Source: Candidatus Sumerlaeia bacterium (GTDB lineage: Bacteria > Sumerlaeota > Sumerlaeia > SLMS01 > JANRJK01). From it: 64,000 nucleotides of DNA. Shown piece after piece: positions 62,373 through 64,000 of this stretch. The stretch is from contig JANRJK010000013.1 in NCBI GenBank assembly GCA_033764015.1, forward strand, positions 542,174 to 606,173, in the 5' to 3' direction. The translations under genes and the position numbers were made by a program. The notes under the pieces were generated by a model that saw nothing but the letters and a program-made list of their open reading frames with translations, was not told where the DNA came from and made no database searches. Every line of letters begins with the position of its first letter. Positions within the stretch are counted from its first letter, which is position 1.

Positions 62373-63892
62373 CTTGGGGCGTCCTTGGGCAGCTCGCAGA
62401 CCGCGAGGTAGGCGTCGACCACCGCGGGGTCCCGGAGCACCACCACGCGGAAGCTTCCGATGTTGGCGGCCTCGCCGGAGCGAAGCAACACCGCCGCCGC
62501 GGTCGGCAGCAGCGAGCCGGGATCGACCAGCACCACGAGGGGGGCGCCGGGCTTCCGCTCCAGCGGGAGGCGCGGCTCCCCCGTGTCGAGGTGGTGCAGG
62601 TAGACGAGCGAGAGGTCCGCCGCCGCCGAGCGGGCGCGGGCGTCTTGGCGGAACGCGGCGCCGGGGTCCGCCGCCAATGCCCGTCCGGCGCGGAGCGACT
62701 CGCGGATTCCCGCCAGCGTCGGCGCCGCGGCGTGGGGCTCCGCAACGGCGGAGCGGCGGACCTCAAGCTGCGCGGTCGTGCCGGCGAGCGCGAAGACGGC
62801 GAAGCCCGCGGCGAGCGCCTTCGAGGGAACCCGCCCAAGCGCAGTGGACGCCAGCAGCGCCAGTGGGACCAGCGCGGGGAGCAGGTACGCGGGGACGCTG
62901 GCGCGGAAGAGCACCGCGAACGCGAGCAGCGGCGCCCCCGCCGCGAGCGCCCAGAGGCGCGGGGAGGTTCCCCGCTCCGCGCGCACCGCCGCGGCGCACG
63001 CCGCGCCCACGATGACCACGGACAACGCATTCGCCACGAGCGAGCCGGCCATCGCCGCCGGACCCAGCGACCAGGGGCGCGCGAACCGCAGCAGGTCGTC
63101 GGTGAGTCCGTCGCCGAACAGGAACACCCATGCCGCCGCGGGGGAGACAGGGTGCGGCGCGGCGAGCGATCCCGCGCCCCGGACCACTCCCGCGAGGAGG
63201 TGGAGGTCGCTCCAGCCATCGCGCGCGTTCGCCGCCAACCACGGCGCGTAGAGCGCCGCGAGGGCTCCAAAGGCCGCCGCCGCCGCGCGGACGGCGGGGC
63301 GGGCTTCCGCGCGGGAGACCACCAGCGCGAAGGGGAGCCAGAGCGTCGCGGCGGACAGGTGCATCGTCTGCAGCACGGCCACCACCGCGCCCGCCGCGCA
63401 GAGCCGTCCGGTGCTTGACTTAGTCAACAACCAGAGGAAGAGCGCGCTCCCGGGAACCACCAGGTCGTGGCCCCAAATTCGCCGGCTGTGCTCGAGCGCC
63501 GCTCCCGAGAACGCCACGAGCGCGAGCGCGGCGACTCCCGCGGCGCGCCCCTGCACCGCCCGCGCGGCCAGGCCCGCGAGGACCGCGCCGCCAACGCCGG
63601 CGAGCGCCAGCATCGCGGACATCCCCTGCGGACCAAGCCCGAGAAGGGTGGGAACCGCGGCGAGGTAGAAGGTTGTCGGCGGGTTGTGGAATCCGAACGA
63701 CGTCCGCAGCCCCCGCAGCGGGAAGTCGTTGCCCGCCGAGATCCGGAGTCCGTTCAGGCAGGTCTCCGCCTCGTCGAGGAGGAACGGCGCGTGCCCGATC
63801 CAAGCGAGGCGCGCGGCGAGCGCCGCGAACGCCACGGCGAGCCAGACCGCCGCCTCGCCCCGCGTCCAAGGCGGCGCGGCCGGTTGACTCAT
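62369..63892 (-). CDS. ArnT/PMT-like (GT83/GT39-type) GT-C membrane glycosyltransferase
   Basis: N-terminal DE motif in the first loop (PFLLDEAETCLNG) and a multi-TM body. Its stop overlaps the YfhO-like start (ATGA), and its start overlaps the upstream stop. Confidence 0.6.
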   Translation of the reverse strand: MSQPAAPPWTRGEAAVWLAVAFAALAARLAWIGHAPFLLDEAETCLNGLRISAGNDFPLRGLRTSFGFHNPPTTFYLAAVPTLLGLGPQGMSAMLALAGVGGAVLAGLAARAVQGRAAGVAALALVAFSGAALEHSRRIWGHDLVVPGSALFLWLLTKSSTGRLCAAGAVVAVLQTMHLSAATLWLPFALVVSRAEARPAVRAAAAAFGALAALYAPWLAANARDGWSDLHLLAGVVRGAGSLAAPHPVSPAAAWVFLFGDGLTDDLLRFARPWSLGPAAMAGSLVANALSVVIVGAACAAAVRAERGTSPRLWALAAGAPLLAFAVLFRASVPAYLLPALVPLALLASTALGRVPSKALAAGFAVFALAGTTAQLEVRRSAVAEPHAAAPTLAGIRESLRAGRALAADPGAAFRQDARARSAAADLSLVYLHHLDTGEPRLPLERKPGAPLVVLVDPGSLLPTAAAVLLRSGEAANIGSFRVVVLRDPAVVDAYLAVCELPKDAPR

Positions 63893-64000
63893 CCCGGAAC
63901 GGTGCGGAACCGGAGCGTGTCGAGGAAGGGCGGGAGGCTGGCGCCGCGGACCACGAACGCGGTGAACTCGCGGCGCTTCCGGTAGCGCTTCCGCAACGAG
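63889..64000 (-). CDS. Upstream gene of the same operon, 5' partial at the window edge (C-terminus ...EFTAFVVRGASLPPFLDTLRFRTVPG)
   Basis: Open frame running off the window. Its TGA overlaps the ATG of the ArnT-like gene. Confidence 0.4.
   Translation of the reverse strand, partial: SLRKRYRKRREFTAFVVRGASLPPFLDTLRFRTVPG

Overview
This is a high-GC (about 70%) bacterial chromosomal segment that is almost entirely coding. I call about 56 CDSs, in short operons on both strands. I found no rRNA, tRNA, CRISPR array or recognisable mobile element. Because of the GC content, the ORF track contains many long spurious antisense or merged ORFs. I chose the real genes by recognisable protein families, by Shine-Dalgarno motifs (AAGGAG/GGAGG, often in the context AAGGAGTCCCC), and by 4-nt start/stop overlaps (ATGA/GTGA). 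The housekeeping set is gyrA, tyrA (chorismate mutase/prephenate dehydrogenase), pheA (chorismate mutase/prephenate dehydratase), thrC, ilvE, nadK, a relA/spoT-type (p)ppGpp enzyme, ccsB/ccsA (system II cytochrome c biogenesis), ispD, ruvX, bamA, mnmE, citrate synthase, an M29 aminopeptidase and an LplT-Aas triple fusion. The accessory content is: (1) a SET-domain gene followed by a SAM-methyltransferase::Ddl-like ATP-grasp fusion, with a possible 14-codon micro-ORF between them; (2) a roughly 1000-aa fused MFS/spermidine-synthase-like/TPR membrane protein directly downstream of gyrA; (3) two glycan loci (TPR-GT2-GT4-nucleotidyltransferase-CE4 deacetylase, and GT2-GT1-secreted protein); (4) a translationally coupled operon ending in two GT-C membrane glycosyltransferases (YfhO-like and ArnT-like); (5) a thrombospondin type-3 repeat secreted protein; (6) an elaB/yqjD-yqjE-yqjK-like operon; (7) a DtxR-family regulator with an unannotated 53-aa membrane protein. 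Several palindromes, a G-quadruplex motif and intrinsic terminators are listed. All functional calls rest on motif-level similarity read by eye. Nothing was searched against a database.
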